A stretch of DNA of 64,000 nt, from assembly GCA_964436655.1 (NCBI GenBank), contig CAYTDX010000001.1, positions 14,993 to 78,992 of the forward strand, written 5' to 3'. Within the stretch, counting starts at the first letter, position 1; the number at the start of each line of letters is the position of its first letter. The notes below the pieces were generated by a model. The model ran no database searches, was not told the origin of the DNA, and saw only the letters and a program-made list of their open reading frames with translations. A program made the translations under genes and the position numbers. Below are positions 33,337-42,289 of this stretch, piece after piece. This DNA comes from an uncultured Caldimicrobium sp. (GTDB taxonomy: Bacteria > Desulfobacterota > Thermodesulfobacteria > Thermodesulfobacteriales > Thermodesulfobacteriaceae).

Positions 33337-34595
33337 TTTCTGCACCGAGAAGCGGTGAAGGAAAGACCCTCTTGACCCTCGGGATATTGAGATTGTTAAC
33401 CCAGAGGGGCCTCAAGGTTCAGCCCTTTAAGGTGGGGCCAGACTATATTGACACCAAATGGCAGGCTGTGGCTGCTGGAAGGCCCTCTTATAATCTTGAT
33501 CTCTTCTCCATGGGAGAAGGCAGGATTAAGGCCCTCTTTTACCACAAAAGTAAGGATTGTGATTATTCTGTTGTTGAAGGTGTGATGGGACTATTTGACG
33601 GAAGATATTCCACCTTTAAGCTGGCAGGTCTCCTTGGACTCCCTATTATTCTTGTCCTTGATACCTCTGGCGTTGCAGAGACTATTTTTTATATCCTCAA
33701 GGGATTGGCAGAAAGAATCAAAAAGGCCGGGCTTGATCTTCTTTTATTTCTCAATAGGGTTTCCTCTCATAGGCATCTTTTGAGACTTGAGAGGACCCTT
33801 AAGGGATATCAAATCATTGGTCATCTCTTCAGGAAGAGGGAGTTAGAACTTCCTTCAAGGCATCTCGGCCTTTATTTGCCAGAACACATGAAGGAGGCCG
33901 AAGACCTTATCTCAAAGATTGCCTATGAGCTTGAAAAATCCATTGACCTATCTGTCTTTAAGCCCATACCGAAACCCCCGGAGGAAGCTCCCCTACCCCG
34001 CTTTTTTCCGGATTTGCCCTTTCAAAGGATCGCCATAGCCTTAGACCCTGCCTTTAACTTTTACTATCAACATATCCTTGAGGAAATCTCCCAGAAGCTT
34101 GAGCCTCTCTTTTTTAGCCCCCTTGAAGATTCAGGGCTTCCAACCTCTGCTCAGGGCCTCTATCTTGGAGGGGGTTACCCTGAGTTATTTGCCCGGAGAT
34201 TAAGTGAAAATAAAGGTATGCTTAAAGAAATCAGGGCCTTTGCTGAAGCGGACTTACCAATCTATGCCGAATGCGGTGGCCTTGTATATCTTTCAAAGGG
34301 GCTTTTCTGGGAAGATAATTTTTATCCCTTAGCTGGCATTTTTCCCTTTGAGGTTTCTAAGAAAGGACTTGCCCTTGGTTACAGAAGGGTTAAACTCTTA
34401 GCCAGGCACCCCTTCTTTCAAGGATTAAAGGAATTTTATGCCCACGAATTTCATTACACTCAAATTGAGAATACCGCAAATTTAGAAAAAATATATAAAG
34501 TATATACCCCTGAACATGGAAATTTTTACGAGGGTTTTTGTTATAAAAATGTGCTGGCCTCATATCTACACTTTATTGCAGTTAAAGAAAATTGA
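33318..34595 (+). CDS. cbiA: Cobyrinate a,c-diamide synthase
   Basis: ISAPRSGEGKT, KVGPDYID, and ECGGLVYL with the HEFHY GATase part. Confidence 0.85.
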   Translation: MVRGFVISAPRSGEGKTLLTLGILRLLTQRGLKVQPFKVGPDYIDTKWQAVAAGRPSYNLDLFSMGEGRIKALFYHKSKDCDYSVVEGVMGLFDGRYSTFKLAGLLGLPIILVLDTSGVAETIFYILKGLAERIKKAGLDLLLFLNRVSSHRHLLRLERTLKGYQIIGHLFRKRELELPSRHLGLYLPEHMKEAEDLISKIAYELEKSIDLSVFKPIPKPPEEAPLPRFFPDLPFQRIAIALDPAFNFYYQHILEEISQKLEPLFFSPLEDSGLPTSAQGLYLGGGYPELFARRLSENKGMLKEIRAFAEADLPIYAECGGLVYLSKGLFWEDNFYPLAGIFPFEVSKKGLALGYRRVKLLARHPFFQGLKEFYAHEFHYTQIENTANLEKIYKVYTPEHGNFYEGFCYKNVLASYLHFIAVKEN

Positions 34596-34601
34596 GGGCC
34601 C

Positions 34602-34740
34602 GAGACCTTTGCAAAAGCATGGTCCTACGCGGGCTTAAGCCCGCGGCTACCGGGGAAAAATTTTGCAACGAACCAGCCCTTTAATGGGGCCTCAGTTACA
34701 TTTTTGCTTTCGGTAGCCTCAAGCTTTGGCTTGCGCTGGA
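34602..34740. repeat. REP-like pair with one terminal-repeat arm
   Basis: GAGACCTTTGCAAAAGCATGG, then CGCGGGCTTAAGCCCGCG-GCTACC, then inverted GGTAGC-CTCAAGCTTTGGCTTGCG. Confidence 0.7.
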
Positions 34741-34795
34741 TTTTTTGGATTTGAGAGAACCTTGAGGAGTCTATTAAAAATAGAGGGGGGAGTTT

Positions 34796-35779
34796 ATGGA
34801 AAAGATCTTGATTATTTTACACGGAAGCCCCAAGAGGGAGGCCAATTACTGGGATAACTTTCTGAATCTTCTGGCTAAAGTTTTCAAAAGACCCCTGACT
34901 GATTTTTCCCTTGCCTTCCTTCAATTTGGAGAACCTGATATAGGCTCAGCCCTTGAGGATTCAATAAAAGAGGGTGCCAAAAGGATCGTTGTGCACCCTT
35001 TCTTTTTAAGTTCAGGGCTTCATGTAACCAAGGATATTCCAGAAATCCTTGAATCTACCAGGAAAAAATACCCGGAGGTAGAGATAATTTATACCAGACC
35101 CCTGGGAATACATGAAAAACTGGCTGAAATCGTCAAGGAAAGGATTGAGGAAGCAGGGATTAGAAGTGGAGAAGAGATTGAAAAAAAGAGTTTTGAAATC
35201 ATTGAAAGGGAGGTGGATTTAAGTCCCTTTTCAGAGGAAGAGAGGGTGATAATTAAAAGGGTTATCCACGCAACGGCTGACCTTGAGTTTAAGGATACCT
35301 TGGTCTTTCACAAAGAGGCTGTAAGTAAGGCCCTGGAAAATTTGAGACAGGGTAAGGATATTTTGGTGGATGTAAACATGGTAAAGGCAGGGATTTCAGA
35401 TAGGCTTCTTCAAAAGAACAGGGTTGTATGTTATCTATCAGAGGTTGAAGAAAACCCTGAGGATGGCACGCGTACTGAAAGGGCCATTGAGCTTGCTCTT
35501 GAGAGGGAGCCCAATATTGGAATCATAGCCATTGGAAACTCTCCCACGGCTCTCTTGAAAGCCATTGAAATACTCGGCCATTATGAAAATTCCCATTCTA
35601 TCGTAGTTGTGGGTATGCCCGTTGGTTTTGTTAAGGCCCTTGAGGCAAAGATACTTCTATCAACCCAGAGCTTTCCCTTTATTACCAATCTGAGCCAAAA
35701 GGGGGGGAGTCCAGCCTGCTGTGCGGTAATTAATGCCTTACTCAGGCTTGCAAACAAACCGGAAGGTGGTTTCAAATGA
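34796..35779 (+). CDS. Fusion: small CbiX-type sirohydrochlorin cobaltochelatase plus CbiC cobalt-precorrin-8 methylmutase
   Basis: N-terminal ~125 aa: ILHGSPKRE...VHPFFLSSGLHV (CbiX-S). C-terminal ~200 aa: SFEIIE...RVIHATADLEF...IGNSPTAL (CbiC). Confidence 0.8.
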   Translation: MEKILIILHGSPKREANYWDNFLNLLAKVFKRPLTDFSLAFLQFGEPDIGSALEDSIKEGAKRIVVHPFFLSSGLHVTKDIPEILESTRKKYPEVEIIYTRPLGIHEKLAEIVKERIEEAGIRSGEEIEKKSFEIIEREVDLSPFSEEERVIIKRVIHATADLEFKDTLVFHKEAVSKALENLRQGKDILVDVNMVKAGISDRLLQKNRVVCYLSEVEENPEDGTRTERAIELALEREPNIGIIAIGNSPTALLKAIEILGHYENSHSIVVVGMPVGFVKALEAKILLSTQSFPFITNLSQKGGSPACCAVINALLRLANKPEGGFK

Positions 35780-36531
35780 TTAAAAAGCTCTATCTCATTG
35801 GGATTGGACCAGGGGATCCCAGATATTTAACCCTTGAAGCCAAGGGTCTCCTGGAAAGGCTTGAGCTTTTCTTGATTCCTGAAAAAAAGGGCCCAAAAGA
35901 AGGGCTTACTCAGAAAAGGCTTGAAATCATAAAATTTGTAAGGGGTGATAGGCCCTTTCAATGCCTTTTTCTTCCCTTCCCTGAGAGAGAAAAAGGGATA
36001 AATTATAGGGATAAGGTAAAGGAATGGAGAAAGACCAAGGCTGAGATTTTAAAAAAAGCCCTTCTCAGAGGGGATGCCGAGGAGGCAGGGTTTCTTATCT
36101 GGGGGGATCCAACCCTGTATGATGGACATATTGACATACTAAGGGAGATAGAGAAGGAGATAAATCTTTCCTGGGAGGTGGTTCCAGGGCTCTCTTCCTT
36201 TCAGGTGCTTGGGGCAAGGCTCAAGGTTTCCCTGACGGATCTGGCTACCCCCCTTACCTTTCACACACCTCGCACCCTGAGAAAATTGAAAGAACTTGAT
36301 CACCCAGTCATAGTTTTCTTAGATAATTATGAAACCTTTTCTCTCTTTAAAGGACATCCCTACGAAATCCACTGGGGGGCCTATGTGGGACAGGAGGGTG
36401 AGGTCTATATTGAAGGTCCTTTAGAGGAGGTGGCCAGTGATATAAAGGAAACAAGGAGGCACCTCAAGGCTCAAAAGGGCTATCTTATGGAAATCTACTT
36501 AGTTAGACCCAGAGAGGAAAAGGATGCCTGA
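35776..36531 (+). CDS. CobF-type precorrin-6A synthase (deacetylating)-like corrin methyltransferase
   Basis: LIGIGPGDP, LFLIPEKKG, FLIWGDPTLYDGHIDIL, IHWGAYVGQEGE and GYLMEIYLVR match my recollection of Pseudomonas denitrificans CobF block by block. Confidence 0.7.
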   Translation: MIKKLYLIGIGPGDPRYLTLEAKGLLERLELFLIPEKKGPKEGLTQKRLEIIKFVRGDRPFQCLFLPFPEREKGINYRDKVKEWRKTKAEILKKALLRGDAEEAGFLIWGDPTLYDGHIDILREIEKEINLSWEVVPGLSSFQVLGARLKVSLTDLATPLTFHTPRTLRKLKELDHPVIVFLDNYETFSLFKGHPYEIHWGAYVGQEGEVYIEGPLEEVASDIKETRRHLKAQKGYLMEIYLVRPREEKDA

Positions 36532-37732
36532 GCTTTTGCATCTTATTGGAATTGGCTACAAAATTTTAACTCCAGAGGAAGAAGCCCTCCTTCAAAGGGT
36601 TGGAAGGATCTTTTGTTTTAAGGGGACGCTAAAGGTCCTTGAAAGATATCCCCAGCTGAAAAAAATTCAAGCAAAGATTAAGACCCTTTCCTCAAGCAGA
36701 GAGCTTATTTCATTAATCAAAAACTCCGCTGAAGAAATAGCTGTCCTTGCTGGAGGAGATCCCCTATTCTATGGCATAGGGGAGAGATTGATCAGAGAGT
36801 TTCCCCTTGAAAAAATTAAGATCTATCCGGATTTCACCACCCTGCAGGTCCTCTGCAGTCGCTTGAAGATCCCCTTCTATAAGGTCAAGACCCTATCTGT
36901 GCACGGACGGTCTTTTTCTTTAGAAGATTTCTTAAGGGCCGTAGATCAAAATCTCTATCTTTTTATCTACACTGATCCAGAGAAAAATCCCGCCTTTTTA
37001 GCTGACCTTCTGGATAAAAAGGGCTTAAAGGGGCTCATCCTTCATGTCGGTGAAAGACTGGGATATCCTGAGGAAAGAATTATTACCGATAAGCCTCAAG
37101 CTATAGCCAGAGCCACTTTTTCAGAACCCCATTGTCTATTAATTGAAAATCCCGATTGGGGGAAACTTCCCCTTTTTGGTCTTACCGAGGGAGAAATCCT
37201 TCATGCAAGGGGCATGATTACCAAAGATGAGGTTAGAGCTGTAATTGTTCACAAACTCAATCCCCCTCTGAGAGGAGTAGTCTGGGATATCGGTGCAGGC
37301 TCTGGTTCTGTAAGCATAGAGCTGGCAGGACTCTCCCCCCATCTTGAAATTTACGCCATAGAAAAAAGTCAAGAATCCTGCAGACTTATTGAGGAGAATT
37401 GTAAGAAGTTTTTGTTATCCAATGTAAAGGTTATTTATGGTGAGGCCCCAGAGGGTCTTTTTGATTTGCCGAAACCTCAGAGGGTCTTTGTAGGGGGGAC
37501 CTCTGGCAAACTAAAGGAAATTTTGAATTTTCTTGAGGACTTAAAGGACTTAAAGATTATGGTATTTTCCTTTGTAACCTATGAAAATCTGAAAGAGGCC
37601 TTAGAGTTTTTTAAAGAAAAATCCCATCAAATAGATTTAATTCAACTGCAAATCAATAAGTTTTCCTCTCTCAAGGACTATCATTACTTCAAACCAGAAA
37701 ATCCCCTCTTCATCTTAAAGGTCGTTAAATAG
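36524..37732 (+). CDS. Cobalt-precorrin-6B/7 C5,C15-methyltransferase (decarboxylating), CbiE-CbiT fusion (CobL-like)
   Basis: N-terminal tetrapyrrole methylase domain (LIGIG...GGDPLFYG) and a C-terminal class I methyltransferase domain (VWDIGAGSGSVSIE). Confidence 0.85.
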   Translation: MPELLHLIGIGYKILTPEEEALLQRVGRIFCFKGTLKVLERYPQLKKIQAKIKTLSSSRELISLIKNSAEEIAVLAGGDPLFYGIGERLIREFPLEKIKIYPDFTTLQVLCSRLKIPFYKVKTLSVHGRSFSLEDFLRAVDQNLYLFIYTDPEKNPAFLADLLDKKGLKGLILHVGERLGYPEERIITDKPQAIARATFSEPHCLLIENPDWGKLPLFGLTEGEILHARGMITKDEVRAVIVHKLNPPLRGVVWDIGAGSGSVSIELAGLSPHLEIYAIEKSQESCRLIEENCKKFLLSNVKVIYGEAPEGLFDLPKPQRVFVGGTSGKLKEILNFLEDLKDLKIMVFSFVTYENLKEALEFFKEKSHQIDLIQLQINKFSSLKDYHYFKPENPLFILKVVK

Positions 37733-37910
37733 TAACCTTCTCATGAATCTTTAACCCCGGGACTCTTAGGCTGTGTGAAATAATCAAACCTGACTTTGTC
37801 AGTTCAATTTCGGAAAGCCTTGAAAATAGACACATTTTAGCGTTTTTAAAAAACAAAGTTGCACTACAACCGCCTTCTATCCCTTGACTGTCAAGGCTTT
37901 GATTGAGATT

Positions 37911-38072
37911 GAGACCTTTGCAAAATTATGGTTCTTTTTAGGTTCTTGGTAGCTGTAGACTTTTGGTTGTGAAAAGTTTCTTAATTTTTTGGGTTCTGGT
38001 AGCCGCAAGCTTCAGCTTGTGATCATTTTTGTTTTTTGAAAAATCTACGCAGACTAAAGGTCTTGCGCTACC
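37911..38072. repeat. Composite REP-like cluster (3 units) with one terminal-repeat arm
   Basis: GAGACCTTTGCAAAATTATGGTTC..GGTAGCTGTAGAC.., GGTAGCCGCAAGCTTCAGCTTGTG, CGCAGACTAAAGGTCTTGCGCTACC. Confidence 0.7.
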
Positions 38073-38088
38073 TCCAAATGATGAGAAG

Positions 38089-38640
38089 TTAAAGGATAGA
38101 TAAATCTGAAGATAATTCTCTTTTGAGGGTAATTGAGAGGCCTGCCACTATAAAGTAAGCCTCATCTGAAATCTCAGCAATCCTCTGATTAAGATAGCCA
38201 ACATGTTCGCGATAACCCCTGGCAAGTTTATTTTCAGGAACTATACCCAGGCCCACTTCATTGGAGATTATTAATACCCAGGAGCTCTCTCTCCTTTGAT
38301 AATTCCTTAAGACCTTTAAAAAACTTTCATATTCCCTATCAAGGTCTTTTTTGAGATGTAAAAGATTGGAAATCCAGAGGGTTATACAATCAAGAAGGAT
38401 GATAGAATCTGAATTAGAGAACCTTTCAAGGTGATCAGAAATATAGAGGGGCTCTTCAAGGAGTTTCCAGAAAGAGGGTCTCTCCTTTTTATGTTTTTCA
38501 ATTTTTTCTCTCATCTCTTCATCCAAGGCCTGGGCTGTAGCTAAGTAATAATAGTTTTTAAAACCCTTTAGACCTTCGGCATATCTTAAGGCCCAGTTTG
38601 TTTTACCTGATTTTGCTCCACCAAGCACAAAGGTTATCAC
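38089..38640 (-). CDS. cobU: Adenosylcobinamide kinase / adenosylcobinamide-phosphate guanylyltransferase
   Basis: ITFVLGGAKSGKT P-loop, LLDCITLW and SNEVGLGIVP motifs. Confidence 0.9.
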   Translation of the reverse strand: MITFVLGGAKSGKTNWALRYAEGLKGFKNYYYLATAQALDEEMREKIEKHKKERPSFWKLLEEPLYISDHLERFSNSDSIILLDCITLWISNLLHLKKDLDREYESFLKVLRNYQRRESSWVLIISNEVGLGIVPENKLARGYREHVGYLNQRIAEISDEAYFIVAGLSITLKRELSSDLSIL

Positions 38641-39863
38641 CGGTAAGCCTCTCTCCAGAGCCTGACAAGAACTCTCTCCAGAAGGTTAATAAGGTTTTTG
38701 TAAAGGCCGCCATAGCTCTTTTTATTGTTTCCGAAGACCTCCTCTAAGAGAGAGTCAAAATCCTTCCCCTTTATACCTCTATATCTCAAATAATCGTATT
38801 TTAAGGCAAGCAGAACCTTTTGAACCATTGTCTCTGCAGAGACACAGGTTTCAGAAAAAAAGTCCAGGGTTTCCTTACCAAGTTCCATGTGATGAAGAAG
38901 ATAGACGATTTCTTCAAATAGATAGACCAGATTCAGAAGTTCAAGGCCCCTTATCCCCCTCTTCCACTGATAAAAAAAGGGAAATCTCTTATGAAAGAGA
39001 AAATTTCTCATACCAAAATTCAGGACCTCAAGGGCATTGTTATAACAGGTAGAGAGCTTTTTTTTAAATTTCCTCTGAAGCTGGGTCTTGCGGGTAATCA
39101 TTTTTAAGGTACTGGGATTAAGAGAAAGTTCGTAATATTCAAGAAGATTCTTAAGAAATCTCTGACCGTTTTTACAATTGGGGGTATCAAAGTGGATGAG
39201 AGAGAGAAGGACCCGGCCTTTTCCTGAGGCCTCCTCCAGGATCAGGGGTTTTTTCTTCATATGATCAGGATTCAAACGAATTCCATAGAAGTCCTCAAAG
39301 AAATCCAGGTGCTCCCTGTGATCGTCCAGAGAAAGGTCAGAGACATAGGCCCCCTTTTCAGGCCCTTTAAAAGAGGCAAGGATGGAAACATTTTTGGATA
39401 AAACCTCAAGTTCAGGAGGAAACCAGAGATAGAAACTGGGTTTTACCTTAAGAAAAAGGGGATGCCCTCTATCAAACTCCACTCTACAGGGTCCACTATA
39501 ACTTGGAACCCGCTCTGGAGTTCTTTGAACACCTGCAATTCCCAAACCATCAACTCCAGCCAGACTGGCTCCACCACAGATTCCAATATAAAGGCCTCCC
39601 TTCTTAACAAAGTCCTGCAAAATCTCCTTTTGTCTCTCCGTCAGGCCCTCCAGTTTGTTTTTTGACCAGCCGCCTGGAACAAAAAGGGCCTTGTATTTCA
39701 AAGAAAAGGTCTCATCAATCTCCTCAGAAAGAAGGGGTTCAAAATCAAGATTTGCTCTTTTCAAGGCCTGGTAGGTCCAAAGTCCCCAGAGATGAGAATC
39801 AGACATGAGAAGAGCTGATTTCATAGGCCTCTCCATATTTTTTCTCATACCCTCTTTTAGCAA
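38637..39863 (-). CDS. Uncharacterised protein: class I glutamine amidotransferase-like (BPL_N-like) N-domain plus an unknown helical C-domain
   Basis: ALFVPGGW...GGLYIGICGGASLAG nucleophile-elbow-like motif. The C-terminal ~170 aa are not recognised. It is translationally coupled between cbiGH and cobU. The start is probably one of the internal Met codons (39806-39836). Confidence 0.55.
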   Translation of the reverse strand: MLKEGMRKNMERPMKSALLMSDSHLWGLWTYQALKRANLDFEPLLSEEIDETFSLKYKALFVPGGWSKNKLEGLTERQKEILQDFVKKGGLYIGICGGASLAGVDGLGIAGVQRTPERVPSYSGPCRVEFDRGHPLFLKVKPSFYLWFPPELEVLSKNVSILASFKGPEKGAYVSDLSLDDHREHLDFFEDFYGIRLNPDHMKKKPLILEEASGKGRVLLSLIHFDTPNCKNGQRFLKNLLEYYELSLNPSTLKMITRKTQLQRKFKKKLSTCYNNALEVLNFGMRNFLFHKRFPFFYQWKRGIRGLELLNLVYLFEEIVYLLHHMELGKETLDFFSETCVSAETMVQKVLLALKYDYLRYRGIKGKDFDSLLEEVFGNNKKSYGGLYKNLINLLERVLVRLWREAYR

Positions 39864-41583
39864 TCAAAAAATTGCCCAAGCACTGGGTATCTTTGCTCCC
39901 AACAATTATAAGGCTATTCATACCCACTTTCTCCACTGGTAAATCAGAAAGGGTGCCAAGGATTATCTCCTCCTCCTCTCTTGAGGCAGAATTGATGATG
40001 GCAACAGGTGTCTCAGGAGGCCTTTTTTCTTTTAGAATCCCCAAGGCCTTTTCAAATTGAGCTTGCCTTCCCCTACTGCGAGGATTATATATCACTAAAG
40101 GTAAAAGAGTATTCAAAAGTTGTCTTAGGCGGTCTTCAATGACCTCCCAGGGGGTCAATCTATCCGAAAGGCTTATTACTGCAAAGTCATTTCCAAGGGG
40201 GGCTCCAAGGAGGGCATTTCCCATATTAAGGGCCGAGACCCCTGGAATAATCTCAACCTCAAGTTTGATTCTGTTTTTCTGAATTATCTCAAGAACAAGT
40301 CCAGCCATTCCGTAAATACCTGGGTCTCCCCCACTCACAAGGGCTGTGTCCTTTCCTGATAGGGCAAGCTCTATGGCCTTTTTAACCCGGTCAATCTCCT
40401 GGGTCATGGAAAACTGGTAGACCTCTTTGTTTTTAATGAGCGGTAGAATCTGTCTGATATAGGTCTTATAACCCACTACTGCCTTAACCTCACTCAAAAC
40501 CCTTAGGGCCCTCAGGGTAAGATAATCCTTTGAGCCAGGCCCAAGTCCAACCACATATAATTTCCCAAGCCTTTTATAGGGCTCAAGGGCAAGGGCTATG
40601 GTAAAGTCTTTGTAAACCCTTTTGGGATAAATCAAGACCCCCTGACTTGCAAGAAGGGCAGAGGCCTCAGAGACACTCTCAATACCCAAGGTCCTTTTAG
40701 CCGCAGAAGAGGGCGTTGAGATCTCAGCTCTTAAGAGCTCATCCTTGCTATAACCAAATAATCTTAATCCCTCTTTCAGAGCAAAATTCTTAAGGGGCAG
40801 ATACTCCGCCTTTCTATCAAGGGTCCCTATTCCTTTTAGAGCTTTAAACTCAAGGTTTAGCTCGTCAAAGACTTTTCTGAAAAGCTCCTCAAAATCAGCC
40901 TCGGTCAAGACCTCATGAAAGCCAACCCCTGCAAAAAGACATCTGGGAATAAGAATCAACTTATCCTTAAAGACCTGTCTTTTATAGGAAACCACAACCT
41001 CTGCCTCTTCTGGATCCGAAGCTCTTCTGAACCCCTGGGGTAAGGGATAATGCAGTTCAGGCTCAAAATAGACCCTGAGCTCCCTTTTTTCATTAAATTT
41101 TGACATTGTTGCATAAATTTGTTCTCGGTTTTGAATAAAAAATTTATGTTCCTTTATCCAGAGATCCAAAGGTGGTAGTCCTTTGTTGTCTGATGCGGTA
41201 GTAATCACAGGATGAGCCCCAAGATAGGTGGCTATCTCAAGGGTAATTTTATTGATCTCGGCATAATGGCCTCCGAGATAGCTAATCACATTATTCCCTG
41301 ATTCATCAATCACTATTATACCTGGATCCCTGTCCTTGCCTTTGAGGAATTTTGCCGTGACTCGGGCTACAATTCCAAGGGCCATGATAAAGATAAGAAC
41401 CTTTCCAGGCTGGAAACATCCTGTAAAGTCCCTTTGTCTTTTGGCTTCAAATCTAAGGACTTCAGCCCTCCCTAAGAAAGAGCTCAGGCCCTCAGCTAAT
41501 CCCCTACCCTCTTCTGATAGATAAAAGATGATAAATTCTTTATTTCTTTCCATAAAGATCTGATCTTTTGTAAAAATTTTCAT
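39799..41583 (-). CDS. Fusion: CbiG (cobalt-precorrin-5A hydrolase) plus CbiH (cobalt-factor III / precorrin-3B C17-methyltransferase)
   Basis: The N-terminal ~330 aa have CbiG N/mid/C layout. The C-terminal ~250 aa (LYVVGLGPGSKDYLT...SGGDPGIYGMA) form a tetrapyrrole methylase domain. Confidence 0.85.
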   Translation of the reverse strand: MKIFTKDQIFMERNKEFIIFYLSEEGRGLAEGLSSFLGRAEVLRFEAKRQRDFTGCFQPGKVLIFIMALGIVARVTAKFLKGKDRDPGIIVIDESGNNVISYLGGHYAEINKITLEIATYLGAHPVITTASDNKGLPPLDLWIKEHKFFIQNREQIYATMSKFNEKRELRVYFEPELHYPLPQGFRRASDPEEAEVVVSYKRQVFKDKLILIPRCLFAGVGFHEVLTEADFEELFRKVFDELNLEFKALKGIGTLDRKAEYLPLKNFALKEGLRLFGYSKDELLRAEISTPSSAAKRTLGIESVSEASALLASQGVLIYPKRVYKDFTIALALEPYKRLGKLYVVGLGPGSKDYLTLRALRVLSEVKAVVGYKTYIRQILPLIKNKEVYQFSMTQEIDRVKKAIELALSGKDTALVSGGDPGIYGMAGLVLEIIQKNRIKLEVEIIPGVSALNMGNALLGAPLGNDFAVISLSDRLTPWEVIEDRLRQLLNTLLPLVIYNPRSRGRQAQFEKALGILKEKRPPETPVAIINSASREEEEIILGTLSDLPVEKVGMNSLIIVGSKDTQCLGNFLIAKRGYEKKYGEAYEISSSHV

Positions 41584-42289
41584 TTATTAGTCTTAGGACA
41601 TCCCCTACTACGATGAGGGCAGTTTTAGTGATTTTCTCCTTTTGCATAGTCTCTTCCAGTTTGGAAAGGGAGGTAAGGAAGATTTTCTCATCCCTTCGGG
41701 ACAGCCTGTGAAGAAGAGCAACCTGGGTCTCTGGAGGGTAAACCCTTTGTAAAAGGGAAGATAGCCTGTCCACAAGTCCGGAACTCAAAAAAAATACCAA
41801 GGTAGATCTGGTTTCTGCAAATTTAAGGATCTCCTCTTCCTTTGCCCCTCCGGTTTTTCCGCTCAATCTGGTAAAGATTACTGAGTTTGATAGCTCAGGA
41901 TAGGTAAATTCTATCCCTAAGCGGGCAGAGGCCATAAAACCGGAAGAGACACCTGGAATAATCTCGTAGGTAAAACCCGCCTCCCTCAGGGCCTCAATGT
42001 GCTCCATAATGGAACTATAAAGGGCTGGATCCCCGCTAACCAGTCTTACCACAATCCTCTTTTGTTTAGTAACCTCTTTAATCTTCTGAAGGATCTCTTC
42101 AAGGCTTCTTCCAAAGGCATCGTAAAATTCGGCCTTCCCATTTTCCCCCTTTAAAAAGGCGTACATTTCTTCACTGATTAGACTTCCGGGATAGATAACG
42201 AGATCAGCCTCTTTTATTATCCTTAGAGCCTTAAGGGTTAAAAGCTCAGGATCCCCTGGTCCAATTCCAATAAAATATACCTTTTTCAT
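41540..42289 (-). CDS. cbiF: Cobalt-precorrin-4 C11-methyltransferase
   Basis: VYFIGIGPGDPELLTLKA...LVIYPGS...RLVSGDPALYS motifs. Confidence 0.85.
   Translation of the reverse strand: MKKVYFIGIGPGDPELLTLKALRIIKEADLVIYPGSLISEEMYAFLKGENGKAEFYDAFGRSLEEILQKIKEVTKQKRIVVRLVSGDPALYSSIMEHIEALREAGFTYEIIPGVSSGFMASARLGIEFTYPELSNSVIFTRLSGKTGGAKEEEILKFAETRSTLVFFLSSGLVDRLSSLLQRVYPPETQVALLHRLSRRDEKIFLTSLSKLEETMQKEKITKTALIVVGDVLRLINENFYKRSDLYGKK

Noticed and set aside
37858-37896. CRISPR-repeat-like string GTTGCACTACAACC... followed by the palindrome CCTTGAC-T-GTCAAGG, between convergent cbiET and cobU
   Set aside because: It is a single copy with no array. The palindrome lacks a U-tract, so it is at best a weak bidirectional terminator or pause site.
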